Positions 13,684 to 27,284 of a DNA stretch of 64,000 nt are shown here, in pieces. The position numbers and the translations under genes are program-made. Source of the DNA: Octopus vulgaris (Eukaryota); contig OX597839.1 of assembly GCA_951406725.2 (NCBI GenBank), positions 1,054,001-1,118,000 on the forward strand, given 5' to 3'. Numbering within the stretch: position 1 is the stretch's first letter; every line of letters begins with the position of its first letter. The notes beneath the pieces were generated by a model that saw only the letters and a program-made list of their open reading frames with translations, did no database searches and was not told the origin of the DNA.

Positions 13684-14860
13684 TAGCTGAAGGTGACCCG
13701 CTCTACGCGCGGGTAAGAGTGTGGGTGTTACTTTCTGTTGCTTCCTTTCAGCACGTAAAAAGCACCATCCGAACGTGGCCGATTGCAGCACCGCCTTGAC
13801 TTGCTTCTGTGCCGGTGGCACGTAAAAAGCACCAACCGATCGTTGCCACTGCAAGCCCCCCTGGCACCAGTGCCGGCGGCACGAAAAAAGCACTCACTAC
13901 ACACACAGAGTGGTTGGCGTTAGGAAGGTCATCCACCTGTAGAAACACTGCCAGATCAGACTGGAGCCTGGTGCAGCCTCCTGGCTTCCGAGACCCCGGT
14001 CACACTGCCCAACCCGTGCTAGCACGGAAAACGGACGTTAAACGATGATGATGATGATGATTCTCCGTATTTGTTTCTCTCTCCTTTCTCTCTCACTTTC
14101 CCACTCTCTTACTTTTCTTTTCGCTCGGACTCTCCCTCGCTTTCTCTTACTCTCTATCTTTATCAATCTCTCTCCCATTTATAAACAACAGAAGATCTTG
14201 TGTAAGTTGAGAAATAAAATATTTAGAAAGATCAATCAGAAATATGAGGCAGTGGCAATGGATAGGTCTGCTTCAAGACAGACAGCAAAACGCTAACATT
14301 TAAAAGGGACAGACGAACTTGCGAGCTGAATAAAAATAATAAAATATTGGAAACCAAAGTTTGAAGAGATAGAATCTGAGGATAGTAGAGTCACCATGGC
14401 TGGCATTTGTTAACGACGGACAGCAACGTTGTGACAGTTTAACGGCTGGCGTAACATTTTGAACTTGATGTAAAAGAAAATTCTTAAACACCAAGTTTTG
14501 AAGTGATTCTTTCTCACGACAGTAGACTCACCATGGCAAGCATTCAAAACTTCTTTATCATGGACGGCAACACATTGACGATTAAAAGGCTGGCGCAAAT
14601 TTTTTAGCTTGATGTAACAGAGAATTCCTAAACACCCGCTCCTTGAAATTTTAATCCCCTTCCAGCCCCATTTAGACCCCTTTTCACATTTTGGTTAATA
14701 TAACCCGATTTCATTCGGGTCTACTGGGGCCACATTTTATAAGATGAGGAATTTTGTCCTAGAGGTGACGCCTTTCATTCGAGGAACAAAATAGTTGTCA
14801 TGCAAACTTGTCAGCACCTTTAACATAGGTGTGCATATTTTCAGCTGAATCGACCGACTA
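13683..14860 (-). mobile_element. Non-autonomous Helitron with a nested RTE-type 3' fragment (about 13750-14060)
   Basis: Minus 3' end: hairpin cccgc..gcggg plus CTAG|T at 13683; homologous to 17750-18030; insert ends in (GAT)n; right boundary approximate. Confidence 0.6.
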
Positions 14861-14888
14861 CGTAATGCACACATTATATATATATGTG

Positions 14889-14920
<32 letters not shown>

Positions 14921-15063
14921 CACGCATTATATATACAAATGTATACAAATGAGATATATATCTGTATAAATTAACTTAGAGATAAAACCACTAATAGGCA
15001 AATCAAACAGTGAAAAACCAAAAACCAAAACATAAAAAAAGAAAATATAACATAGAAAATATA

Positions 15064-16069
15064 TCTATATATATAAAACTGTAGTTGTGTGAGTGTCTGT
15101 CCCCTTCGATTTAGATTCCTAACTACTCCCACATTTTGCGGTGCAGTTTAACCAAATTCGGGTATCTTATAGTCGTGATTCATATCGAGCCCGTCTGGGT
15201 ATTAGCGCGCGTCTACGATAAGTCTACGATTTTAAAAATAATTTAACATCATTTTTTATTCCATTTTAATGCATATTTTTTCGTGAGTCGATGGCGGCGG
15301 AGTTGGCGTCCATGGTCACACCTGCACCTGTGTTGCTTCTCCCCTTCTTCCCTCCCTCCTGAAGCTGTGGGGAAGGGAGTGTAAGGAAATCAACGTCGTA
15401 ATGCGTTGTGAAGGAGACCAGCGTTCTTTTAGAACAACGACTTCATGGTTTGAAGTCGCCAAAACAGAAATCGCTAAAAAAGCTGAAACAGATCCACAAA
15501 AACGGCAATTATCGCCACACAGGGCAGGTTTCCTGTGCAAACAATTTGCACAACCGAATGTTTTAGTTGTTGCACAAATCTTTATATATAAAAGTAAGGT
15601 TGTGTGTCTGTCTCCTACGATTTAGATTCCTAACTACTCCCACATTTTGCGGTGCAGTGTAACCAAAAACTTATAGTCGTGATTCATATCGAACCCTTCT
15701 GGGTATTAGCGCGCGTCTACGATGAGTCTACGATTTAAAAAAAAAAAAACCATAATTTTTTATTCCATTTTAATGCATTTTTCGCTATTATATAAGGGAA
15801 GTAACTCTCTAAAAATGTCTACCATGAGTCAACGATTAAAAAAAAATTACCATCATATTTTATTCCATTTTAATACATTTTTCGCTATTATATAAGGGAA
15901 GTAACTCTCTAAAAATGTCTACGATGAGTCAACGATTAAAAAAAAATTACTATCATTTTTGATTCCATTTTTAGTGCATTTTTTGCTATTTCTTTTGCTA
16001 TAACTTACTAAAAATGCTTACATAGTTATTTCCCTTACAAACCCGAGCAACGCCGGGCGATACTGCTAG
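15064..16069 (+). mobile_element. Non-autonomous Helitron
   Basis: A|TC 5' end; 3' hairpin cccgagcaacgccggg plus CTAG|T; duplicated 5' module near 15579; about 100-bp internal tandem repeats. Confidence 0.8.
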
Positions 16070-16769
16070 TAAAATATAAAATTGAAAACTTTAAATTATT
16101 TAAATTGAAAATAAAATTTATTAAATTATATTTATAATTTGTTTAAAAATATATATAACTATGAAAAAGTATGAAAAAGTTTAATATACATAAATACAGA
16201 TATATACACTTTGTATATATACATTATATATACATATTTATATATAGAACACACACACACATACATTATATATACATATTTATATATAGAACACACACAC
16301 ACACACATACATTATATATACATATTTATATATAGAACACACACACACACACACACACATATATAAATGAACGCAAGAATATCTGATTCATAATATTTGT
16401 TCTCATGCTCGTGTGTTGTTTGTTGGTGACAGACATATACTTAAAAGAACGCCGCCGAAGTGATAGAAAGGTAGGAAACAGAGTCAGTGAAAAAGAAAGG
16501 AAATAGCGATAGTGACAGATACTTTAAATAACGGTAGTGCATTCTGAAAGTTATGAAGAGGAGTAAGAGAGGGAAAGGAGGAAATAGGGTGAGTGAGGAA
16601 GATGGCCCCTAGCAACCACACCTTTTAAGATAGGGATTTTTAAGGTAGCCCAGGTGCATCGTCACCTCATTCTACATGTCCCTGTAAATTTTGGAGCGAA
16701 TCGGACGGGATGTAGTGGCATTGAAAGCGATCCAAGCGGTAAAAACGCATTTCAGTTTTATATATAGAG

Positions 16770-16820
<51 letters not shown>

Positions 16821-16999
16821 GGGAGGGTTTCCGCGCGTTTTGGTATAGGAAAGTGGGTTGGTAAAGGAATAAATGATTATCTTGTGAAATTTATTGGCTC
16901 ACGCCTCTTTCTGCTATAAGAAACAGTGGACTGATATTTGAGACTTTTGATAACACCATATAGCTTCGATGAAGCTTCATATATGAAGAAGTGTTTATT

Positions 17000-18030
17000 T
17001 GAGAAAAGATTTACATTTGAATTTGAATATATATATACAGTGAAAAGCATTACCAGTAGGAAAATCTTCGCAAATGTATAGAAAAAAAGTATATGTATAT
17101 TGACTTCTACACCAGGTTATTAATCTTTTGATATGGTGAGAAGAGTGATTTTTTTATCGATTCAAGGGGGCTCTAATCTATAAAATGAAGAAAATGAACG
17201 TTGATACAAATTGGATTTTTATGTAAAAAGGAGTCTAAATGAAACTGGAAGGGGGTTAAAATTTACAGAAGGGGGTAACTTGAGGTGAGGAATTGATTGG
17301 GAGACGTTTTGGGGCGCTACAATGGTTGCTTTGCTGTGAAAACGGGGATTTTATTGATTTGGGGGGACACTTGGGGGTCTAGATTGGACACATTTTGCAC
17401 GATTTCAATCAAATTTTCAACATGGTAAAGTGAAAGCAGATTTGTAATTTAAGCGCGGAAAATGGGTTCGAAATTTTGAAAATTAAGGCAAGATTTTTGA
17501 AATTGAAAAAACTTTTCTCATTTTTACGTACTTTTGCATTTTATTTTTTATTGTTTACAGTTTTCATTTTTTTTCTGAAAGAAATTTACTGCTGCATGTA
17601 GCCTGTGTTTAGAGCTTTCATTTGCATGGTCCATCATCGAAAAATTGCCAAAATAAGTACTAAATTTAACAAAGAAATCCCTTTTTTCCTTATTTTTAAT
17701 CGCTTAAATAGTGGCACGTACAAAGAAGAAGTGTGCTTTCCGTTGTCACTACCTGATATTTATGATTGATCTTTCAAAATATTTGCTTTCTCAACTTACT
17801 CAAGATCTTTTGTTTTTTTTATAAATGGGAGATAGATAGATAGAGAAAGATAGAGAGTAAGAGAAAGCAAGGGAGAGTCCGAGAGACAGAAAGAGTAAGA
17901 GAGTGGGAAAGTGAGAGAGAAAGGAGAGAGACACAAAGAGGGAGAATGCGGTGATAAGAAACAGAAAGGAAGCAACAGAAAGCAACAACCACACCCTCAC
18001 CCGCGCGTAGAGCGGGTTACATTAAGCTAG
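17000..18030 (+). mobile_element. Non-autonomous Helitron, 3' portion
   Basis: cccgcgcgtagagcggg hairpin plus CTAG|T at 18027-18031; left boundary approximate. Confidence 0.6.
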
Positions 18031-18170
18031 TTAATTATCAAAGGGGTAAGTAGTCAATGCATAAAATAGAATGTATCATATTAGAAACTGTTGGCCTCAT
18101 TTGATAAATTTGTTGTTATATTTTTTCGCATTGACCACATTTTATCCTTATATAATTATTTTGTTTGTAG

Positions 18171-18365
18171 ATATTAGGAGAAAAAGCCGAAGTAAAGCTG
18201 GTGTTACCGAACGATGATTTACTTGTGTTGATGCCTGGAAGTATGTGGCGCCTCAATCCTAAATGTTGTGAAAATGTCAGCGACAGCGATGAAAGTGAAA
18301 CTTCCAGCGACAGCGATGATTGGGAAAATTCCTCCTACTGCGATGTTAGTGATTATGATACCTAG
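18171..18365 (+). CDS. MIB2: MIB2-like gene A last coding exon: second half of Mib repeat 3, acidic tail, stop
   Basis: ttgtttgtag acceptor, phase 0; ILGEKAEVKLVLPNDDLLVLMPGSMWRLNPKCCENVSDSDESETSSDSDDWENSSYCDVSDYDT then TAG (18363-18365) overlapping a GTAAGT donor. Confidence 0.85.
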   Translation: MLGEKAEVKLVLPNDDLLVLMPGSMWRLNPKCCENVSDSDESETSSDSDDWENSSYCDVSDYDT

Positions 18366-19795
18366 TAAGTTTTAATAATTTTACTGCTCTCCAACCACAT
18401 TTACAAACTGAATTATTGTTAGGGAGATATCAAATAATATTTTTTCGGGATAGCTCTGTGTTACCAGTGGAGTGAGGTTTTATAGGTTGGCACATTCTGA
18501 AATTCATAAATACATCTTATTACAAGTTATTTGTAAGATGAGATCAGGCGACGAGCAGGCAAAGTCGTTACATGTCGTACAAAATACTTAGCGACATTTC
18601 TTCTGAATCTTTATTTTCTCAATTGTACGATACCGACGTCGACTTTACTTTTCAGCATTTCTCGGCCTATAAAATAAGTGAAAGATGGTCATTAAGGTCG
18701 ATTTCATCGACCTTAATGACCTCCCAAATCTGCTGATCTTGTGCCAAAATTCGAAAGGGTTATAAAGTAGGATTAGGCGGCAAGCTGGCAGAATCATTAG
18801 AGCGTCAGACGAAATGCTTAGCAGCAGTCTCGTTCATTAAGCTCTAAGTTCAAATACCACCGAAGTCCTTTGTCTCTCACATTCTAACGGGATCAATAGA
18901 AATAGAGTACAACGAAATAAAGTATAATAGAAAAGATATACAATGAAGTACCTGGATCCATGTAATCGACTAAACATGATCCTTTCAAATTATAGCATTC
19001 TACAAAAAATTTGAAGCAATTATTACAAGGCAATTATTACAAGTGGTATTACTTGAAGCTGCTAGATGTGCATGGTGGGTGTCAAAGCCTTTCTCCAAAC
19101 GTTTATTCAGGGGCTAAAATTGTCCGACTTACGCCATCAGATGTTATGCTTGTTGAACGGATCCCACACCCAATCATATTCATCATGAATATATATGTAT
19201 ATATAAGAAAAATTTATGAAATAGTGGAATACAGTAGTATTGCTTCCCAGTAAAATAGAGTACCATCAAATTACTATATATATTTATATATATACATAAA
19301 TATATATTGAATGATTGATGGGGAAGATTGTGTGTTAACTAGAATCTTTATCTAGCACAACGTTAAGCCTGCTTTTTTCACTGCTCACTATTGGGTAGGG
19401 AACTACGTAATGACTATGCTTCGCGTAGTGCAAAGACCCTCATCAGGTGACGTAATATGCTTCAAATGATTTACATTTTGCTTAAAGTTGGATGCTGGTG
19501 GTATTATGGTATGTTGGTTGTTGTTCGCACACATTGGTGTAATGAGGAAAATTGTGGTCAGGCAATAGTAGAAAAAAATACAAAGAAGTTAATGTAAAAT
19601 TTTTTGTGTGTATGGGAATGTCTATAGAATTAGATGTGGGGATTTTTGGTGGCAGATTATGGCAGTCAAGCGCGACGATATGCTCAAGAATTTGGTGAGG
19701 ACGTGATACCCGTCTTTCGACTTGATGTCTGGTTACACATGGACCCGTTTCTACACGCGCACGCACACACACACACACATACACACACACACACG

Positions 19796-19841
<46 letters not shown>

Positions 19842-20135
19842 TAATAGGAGATGTTTTGGTATCCAGAAGACCAAAAAATGTAGGTAAGGCTGTGTAAGTG
19901 CTACGGAAGGACCACTGTCAAGCTCGCAGTTCTTTAAGAGCATGAGTGAGGAGTCTAAGGCATTTCGTGTGAGAGCGTGTATATGTTAAATAATTGCTAC
20001 TATTTTAACTCGTCTGTGATGATGGAATATCAAATTGTCTTGGCCTTGTTATCATATTTTACTTAACACACACGCGCGAGCACACACACACATATATATG
20101 TATATATATGTAATTATGTATATATATGTATATTT

Positions 20136-20219
<84 letters not shown>

Positions 20220-20369
20220 CTGTGTGTGTGTGTATATGTGTATTCCACTTTGGTTATGCACGAAAATTAACTCAAATCAAATTTATTCTATAATTTCGGG
20301 CGAAATTCTTGATCCTGACATGCTGGTATCTCATATGGTTTATGGCCCTTGTGGTACTCAAACCCTCAG

Positions 20370-20640
20370 TCACCGTACATAAAAGAATGAAAATGTACAA
20401 AATTTTTTTTTACGAACTTTAGCCAGGAATTCAATTAGAAATGATTTCCCAGTACCTTCTGGGACATCGAAGTAATAAAGTTCTCCTATGTTACTGTTGA
20501 TACTTTCTATGACAGCGGAATATGCACGAAGTTGATCAGGTAGACCCACCGACAAATCTGGAAATCCTGGAAAATGTGCTTTTCCGGAAATCTATCCCCG
20601 AAACTCTTGGTGGAATTGTAAAACGTGCTTCCAGTAGTGA
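20370..20640 (-). mobile_element. Helitron PIF1-like helicase fragment
   Basis: GELYYFDVPEGTGKSFLIEFLAKVRK resembles the Helitron Walker A region FLDAPGGTGKTFLI. Confidence 0.7.
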
Positions 20641-20725
20641 AACAAAGAATGTGCGAGAATTTATGCTATTTAATCTTTATATATATATATATATATATAG
20701 ATGAGTGTATTTTTACCTTGTTAAC

Positions 20726-20811
20726 ACTTTCCTGAAGAGAAGATTGCATTGTTTATACCATTTATTCTTTTCAATAGTATAAGTGGAATTTTCGAAACAT
20801 GTGTCGAAAGT
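20726..20811 (+). ncRNA. Type I hammerhead ribozyme, complete core
   Basis: Stem I actttc/gaaagt; CTGAAGA; stem II gaagatt/aattttc; GAAA; palindromic stem III ACATGT; GTC cleavage triplet at 20803-20805. Confidence 0.85.
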
Positions 20812-20853
20812 AAAAATATTTGATTTACACCTGCGTTAAACTCCATTTATTTA

Positions 20854-21007
<154 letters not shown>

Positions 21008-21074
21008 AACATATATTATATACTGCTTGTTCTTGTTTGGATTGACTATATATATATTATATATTATATATTAT

Positions 21075-21210
21075 AGCAAAACACGACTGCTTGGAACTGC
21101 TCGAATACTCGAAAAAATAATTGATGTTACTATAGTCCACTGGTAGTGAACCGCTGACACTTTAGTACATCTCCAGCTTTCGAGGCTGTGCAAAGGCGAT
21201 AATAATAATA

Positions 21211-21252
<42 letters not shown>

Positions 21253-21304
21253 GTTATTATTATTATTATCATTATCATTATTATTATTATTGTTATTATT
21301 ATTA

Positions 21305-21375
<71 letters not shown>

Positions 21376-22023
21376 GAGTGAGGGATCATTGTATACCATC
21401 AAAGTGCAAATATGCAACCTCACCGTTGTATATTTGACACCCGTTGCAATAGACTTAATAGTTGGCAGATATTCTGCCAACTCTTTCTGAATTTCAGTTT
21501 GAGAGAACACAGTGATGGTGTCGAAAGACTTGGAATACGGCCTCAACACCACCGTTCTCTCCTTGAAGTCTTTTACCCACTGCTTGGGGGTACAATCTTC
21601 TACACCAACACAGTGTTTATCTTTTTTGCCATGCTTGCAGAAAAGAAAGGACAGTACAAAAAGTGTTCAAACAAAAAGGTCCAAACAATGTTCAAAAACA
21701 GACAAAACATGTTGTCTCTTGAGGTTTCTGTGTGAGACATGGAGCCAACTTGTACAAATGTAAAACAAAAGTCAAACATAGAATAATAATAATAAGAATA
21801 AAGTGCAGGGAACAAATAGGGTCTGCAAGTATATGCAACAAATAGGCTGCAATAAAGGTGGAGCACTTTCAGAAAACAGCACTGCTTGGAACCGCTCTAA
21901 TACTCTGGATAATGCTCGGAAAATAAAAGGTGTTACCTTAGTTCACTGGTAGTAAATAGCTGACACCTTAGTACATTTCCAGCATTAAAAGCTGTGCAAA
22001 GGCAATAAAATAATAATAATAAT
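21075..22023 (+). mobile_element. Two R4/Dong 3' ends with (TAA)n tails flanking a minus-strand L1/Tx1 ORF1-like scrap
   Basis: QKTALLGTA motif and homologous 3'UTRs at about 21083-21200 and 21868-22020. Confidence 0.6.
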
Positions 22024-22029
22024 ACTTTT

Positions 22030-22405
22030 TTCTGGAGGTACAAGGCCCCAAAGCTTGTGGGGAGGGATTAAGTCGATTACGGGTACTAATTTTATCGATC
22101 TGGGAAGGATGAAAGCCAAAGTCGACCTCGGCGGAATTTGAACTCAGAACGTAACGGCAAACGAAATACCTATTTCTTTACTACCCACAAAGGGCTAAAC
22201 ACAGAGAGGACAAACAAGGACAGACAAACGGATTAAGTCGATTACATCGACCCCAGTGCGTAACTGGTACTTAATTTCTCGACCCCCAAAAAGATGAAAG
22301 GCAAAGTCGACCTCGGCGGAATTTGAACTCAGAACGAAACGACAGACGAAATACGGCTGCGCATTTCGCCCGGGGTGCTAACGTTTCGACCAGCTCACCG
22401 CCTTA
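22030..22405 (-). mobile_element. tRNA-derived SINE, tandem partial copies
   Basis: ggcgagctgg..gagttcaaattccgccgaggtcgac family; other copies near 5965, 18775, 24895, 26614, 48025, 54930 and 61480. Confidence 0.8.
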
Positions 22406-22417
22406 ATAATAATAAAG

Positions 22418-22524
<107 letters not shown>

Positions 22525-22703
22525 ATACATTCAGCAAATATGTCACAAGTCAAAATTTACGTATGGAACAGAAAACGAAAAAGAAAATATATCTTCTGAA
22601 TTTCGTACCTGCATGTTTGTACAATTGACACAAATGAAGATATAGATCACAAACGAAAGTGAGGAAATTGAGGGGCATCAACACACCCAACGCGTATTTG
22701 TTT

Positions 22704-22736
<33 letters not shown>

Positions 22737-22822
22737 TTGTGTTTGTGTGTGTGTCTTTGTACGTTAAAACATATTTTCCAGTATTTTCCATTGTAGATCT
22801 CGAAGTATGGTTGTATATAAAT

Positions 22823-22866
<44 letters not shown>

Positions 22867-22928
22867 CGGTGTGTAATATATAAATTCAGATGTTTTAATG
22901 AATATCTCTTGCAAATTTGTCATTCCAG

Positions 22929-23080
22929 AAGGTGGACGTTAGAGCGACGTGGACCTGATAACGAAGTTTATTTGAATCGATCTCATAGTGTGGTAGTTGA
23001 TTGTGCTCACATCATTTGCACAGAGTGCGGAGACCTATTGAAGGAGTAAACCAATTCAGAAGAAATTAAATCTGTTCTAG
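22929..23080 (+). pseudogene. Decayed terminal RING exon of gene A (probably now 3'UTR)
   Basis: Colinear with the minus exon 29159-28978 including acceptor and stop; 13- and 14-bp deletions and an early TAG. Confidence 0.85.
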
Positions 23081-23430
23081 ATCGATAAGATTTACTTTGC
23101 TTAACAGTTATATTGTGACGTTTTAAATTGTCTATGAGAAAATGCCTATGAGAAAATTATTAATTTGACATTTGTTTTGATTTTTAGAGTAACAAATATT
23201 ACATTATGTGCTAATTAACGATAGTAGTTTTAATAAACATAGTTGATGATATTATAACAGAGTTGAAGCTTCATTATATATCTTAAATGCAGTATTTGAT
23301 GATTTCTAATATAATCTTTATAAAGCTATTTCTTTACATAACGAATATTATTAATGAAATATGGATAAGATGATATAATAAAACGATTTACATATAAACA
23401 TTCCTCATACTTCTTAATGATTTTACATGA

Positions 23431-23436
23431 AATAAA
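23431..23436 (+). promoter_or_regulatory. Candidate polyadenylation signal of gene A
   Basis: AATAAA at the end of the 3'UTR homology block, conserved in the paralog (28139-28134, minus). Confidence 0.5.
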
Positions 23437-23589
23437 TGTAGTTATTCAGAAACTTGAAGTGTTTTGTTTTCATTTTCTAAAGACATTATTTATGTACAAG
23501 TATATATATGTGTCTGTGTGTGTGTCTGTGTGTGAGTGAAAGTGCGTGTGTGTCTGTGTGCGAGTGTGAGTGTGTTTGTATGTATGTAT

Positions 23590-23644
<55 letters not shown>

Positions 23645-23748
23645 CTGTGTGTGAGTGAAAGTGTGTGTGTGTGTGTGTGTGTCTGTGTGCGAGTATGAGT
23701 GTGTGTGTATGTATGTATTACATATATATATGTGTGTGTGTGTGTGTA

Positions 23749-24253
23749 TACGAAGATAGAAAAGGGAGATAAGATTAATAAACATTTACTAATATTTTAA
23801 CAAGACCAACAATTGCTTGCATTCACCGATTACAAGCCAGAATATCATCATGGAAGAACGTACAAAGACATTTATATATATCATATTTAAAACAGGAAAA
23901 CATTAGATAATCAAACATAACAAATACAGTGTAGCATTAAAATTAATACATACAATAATAAAGAAACATGAACAGTTATAAAAATATATACATTTATAAT
24001 ATTAATTTTAATGGTACACAGCATTTTTCCTGTTTGATTATTTGATGTTTTCATTGTTTTAAACATGATATTTATAATTTCTTTGTAAGTTCTTCATGAT
24101 GCTATTCTGGCTTGTAATAATTAACCATATTGATTTAATCAAATTTAATTGAACGTGATTGGTTTTATAACATAAGAGATGAATTGAAACAATTGTAGGT
24201 CTTGACAATGTATTAATAATCTCTTATTAATCTTTTCTGCATCTTATCTCGTG
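23749..24253. mobile_element. Foldback (palindromic) MITE-like element
   Basis: Long imperfect inverted arms, e.g. attacaagccagaata vs tattctggcttgtaat and cattaaaattaata vs tattaattttaatg. Confidence 0.7.
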
Positions 24254-24360
24254 GCTTTTATAATGATAATATACATGTGTGTTCCTATATTATAAGGTAT
24301 TCAAACAGCCTAATCTTGGATAGTTCTATCCGTCTATGGTTTATATTACCTCACGTTTTC

Positions 24361-24418
<58 letters not shown>

Positions 24419-24423
24419 AAAAC

Positions 24424-24466
<43 letters not shown>

Positions 24467-25206
24467 ATGGGTGGCTAATTTGCAATTTTACTACCTAAAG
24501 GCAGAAATTTATATGTCACTAAAGTGAACAACAGTCCTAACCAGCAGTGGTATGGCTAGAGATAAGAGTCAAAACATCTCAATAACCCCAAAAAGAAGTA
24601 TCTTAATGAGCTGAAAAAGGAGATGAGCCTCCTACAGTCGAAGATAGAGCTAGAATTCTGATGCTCAACGCTCTTAATGCACATCAATAGCTCTCAAGGC
24701 GTCTGCGGTTAAACCCATCTCGCCTTGTCGGCTTATAAGGTCTCCGTTGAATTCAAATGCTGATTTCATAAACGGTAAAGGGACAATTATAAATAATATG
24801 GGTGGATAATTCGCAATTTTTCAACCTAAAGGCATATATATATATATATATATATACACGCACACACACACACATATGCATATATATATATTTGTCTATT
24901 GCCCACAAGGGGCTAAACATAGAGGGGACAAACAAAGATAGACAAAGAGATTAAGTCGATTACATCGACCCCAGTGCGTAACCGGTACTTTATTTATCGA
25001 CCCCGAAAGGATGAAAGGCAAAGTTGACCTCGACGGAATTTGAACGCAGAACGCAACGGCAGACGAAATACGGCTACGCATTTCGCCCGGCGTGCTAACG
25101 GTTCTGCCAGCTCGCTGCCTATAGGCGCAGGAATGACTGTGTGGTAAGTAGCTTGCTTACCAACCACATGGTTCCACGTTCAAACTCACTGCATGGCACC
25201 TTCTTC

Positions 25207-25368
<162 letters not shown>

Positions 25369-25429
25369 TTGTGTGTGTGTGTTCCCCCCCCACCACCACC
25401 ATCGTTTGACAACCGATATTGGTGTATTT

Positions 25430-25790
25430 ACGACAATTTTTGTGGAAATTGTCGTATAGGTTATGTCTAATTCAGAAGCAAGCTCTCAGACAGTTGTGCG
25501 TGGATTGACTTCGACTAAGGCTCTTCGTTGATCGTTGTTAACATCCGATGGCCCACCACTACGCTTATCATCTTCAAGACTCTCGTCATCGCTACGAAAT
25601 TTCTTGAACCACCATTGTGCTGAAGGTTTATTAGTGGTTCCTTGGCCAAACGCATCGTTGATATCGCTAGCTGTTTCAGCAGCTTCTCGGCCTAGCTTGA
25701 ACTAGAATAAGAAAAGTGTACGAATTTGCTTTTTGCCTATACTGTATTCAATGTTCCAGAAAAAAAATGCCTAATTATTCAAAAGGAACA
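25430..25790 (-). mobile_element. Mariner transposase N-terminal relic
   Basis: FKLGREAAETASDINDAFG..WWFKKFRSDDESLEDDKRSG. Confidence 0.75.
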
Positions 25791-26182
25791 AGAGTCTCAC
25801 GATTAGATAGAACAAAACACGTGCTTTATAATGATATATAAAGTCAAAGTGTGTGTGTGTGTGTGTGTGTGTGTGGAGGCACAATGGCCCAGTGGTTAGA
25901 GTAGCGGACTCATGGTCGTAGGATCAGGGTTTCGATTCCCGGACCGGGCGATGTGATAGTTTATTGAGCGGAAACACCTGAAGCTCCACGAGGCTCCGGC
26001 AGGGGGTGCTGGTGATCCCTGCTGTACTCTTTCGCCACAACTTTCTCTCACTCTTTCTTCTGTTGGCCTGCATTGTGACCAGCGATGTGCAGCAACATCA
26101 GATAGCCTGGTTGGTCACGGTGATCACGGTTTTATATATATATATGTATATATATGTATATACATATATATATATATATATG

Positions 26183-26303
<121 letters not shown>

Positions 26304-26329
26304 ATGGGGTCATCTCATAAACAATGCAT

Positions 26330-27190
26330 TTTTTATACTGTCCTTCATTTTTGTACAGTGCTCTTCCATCTATCAGCTAAACTTGCAAAGTCCCGCTTCC
26401 AATACTCACTTGCCCGTGATGTTAAATACTCCTCCTGTACTATTCTGACCTCGTCTACAGAATTCATATTATTTCCGTCCAAATGATTTTGAAGACTGCG
26501 GTATAAATGATAATCGGATGGGTGTCAGTATCCGACGAATATGGAGGCTGGGGTATCAAACTTCTCCACCCTTTGGAATGTCATCCTCGCTGTATGTGGC
26601 CGAGCATTATTCTATTTCTTTAGTACTCACAAGGGGCTAAACGCAGATGGGACAAACAAGGACAGACATAGGTATTAAGTCGCTTATATCGACCCCAGTG
26701 TGTAACTGGTACTTATTTAATCGACCCCGAAAGGATGAAAGGCAAAGTCGACCTCGGCGGAATTTGAACTCAGAACGTAGCGGCAGACGAAATACCGCTA
26801 AGCATTTCGCCCGGCGTGCTAACGTTTCTGCCAGCTCGCTGCCTTAGTGGCCGAGCATTATTCTGATGGGAAAAAAACCAAAGATGGTCGTTTTTCTTCC
26901 AGTGCAGGTGTCAATGAATGGTTGACTGACCAAATCCAAGCTTCTCTGCTAGTTCCTCAACAGCAACGATGGAATTTTGTTCCACTACATTTTGCAGGAC
27001 GTCCTCATCAAGCCCTACAGATCTTCTAGGACGAGGCTCGTTTTCTAGGCTGCAGTTTCCGGTTCGAAATTTCTGGAACTACCGTTTAAAACAAATCCCC
27101 ATGTGCTGCTGCATTAATTTTCCTCCCACTTTTCGATGCGTTGTTGCCTTCATTGAACTCATAAAGCAAAATATGTCGAATATGCTCCGT
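26330..27190 (-). mobile_element. Mariner relic interrupted by a SINE
   Basis: EHIRHILLYEFNEG..FQKFRTGNCSLENEPR. Confidence 0.7.
26614..26846 (-). mobile_element. SINE with 18-bp target-site duplication
   Basis: gtggccgagcattattct at 26596-26613 and 26847-26864. Confidence 0.9.
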
Positions 27191-27234
27191 TGTGAGTGTG
27201 TGTGTATGTGTGTGTATGTGTATGTATACACACA

Positions 27235-27284
<50 letters not shown>

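Noticed and set aside
15720-15990. Regularly spaced repeats resembling a CRISPR array
   Set aside because: Contiguous 100-bp tandem units without unique spacers, inside a Helitron; eukaryotic context
25873-25950. tRNA gene candidate
   Set aside because: tRNA-like head continues into a SINE body also present at 4123-4508
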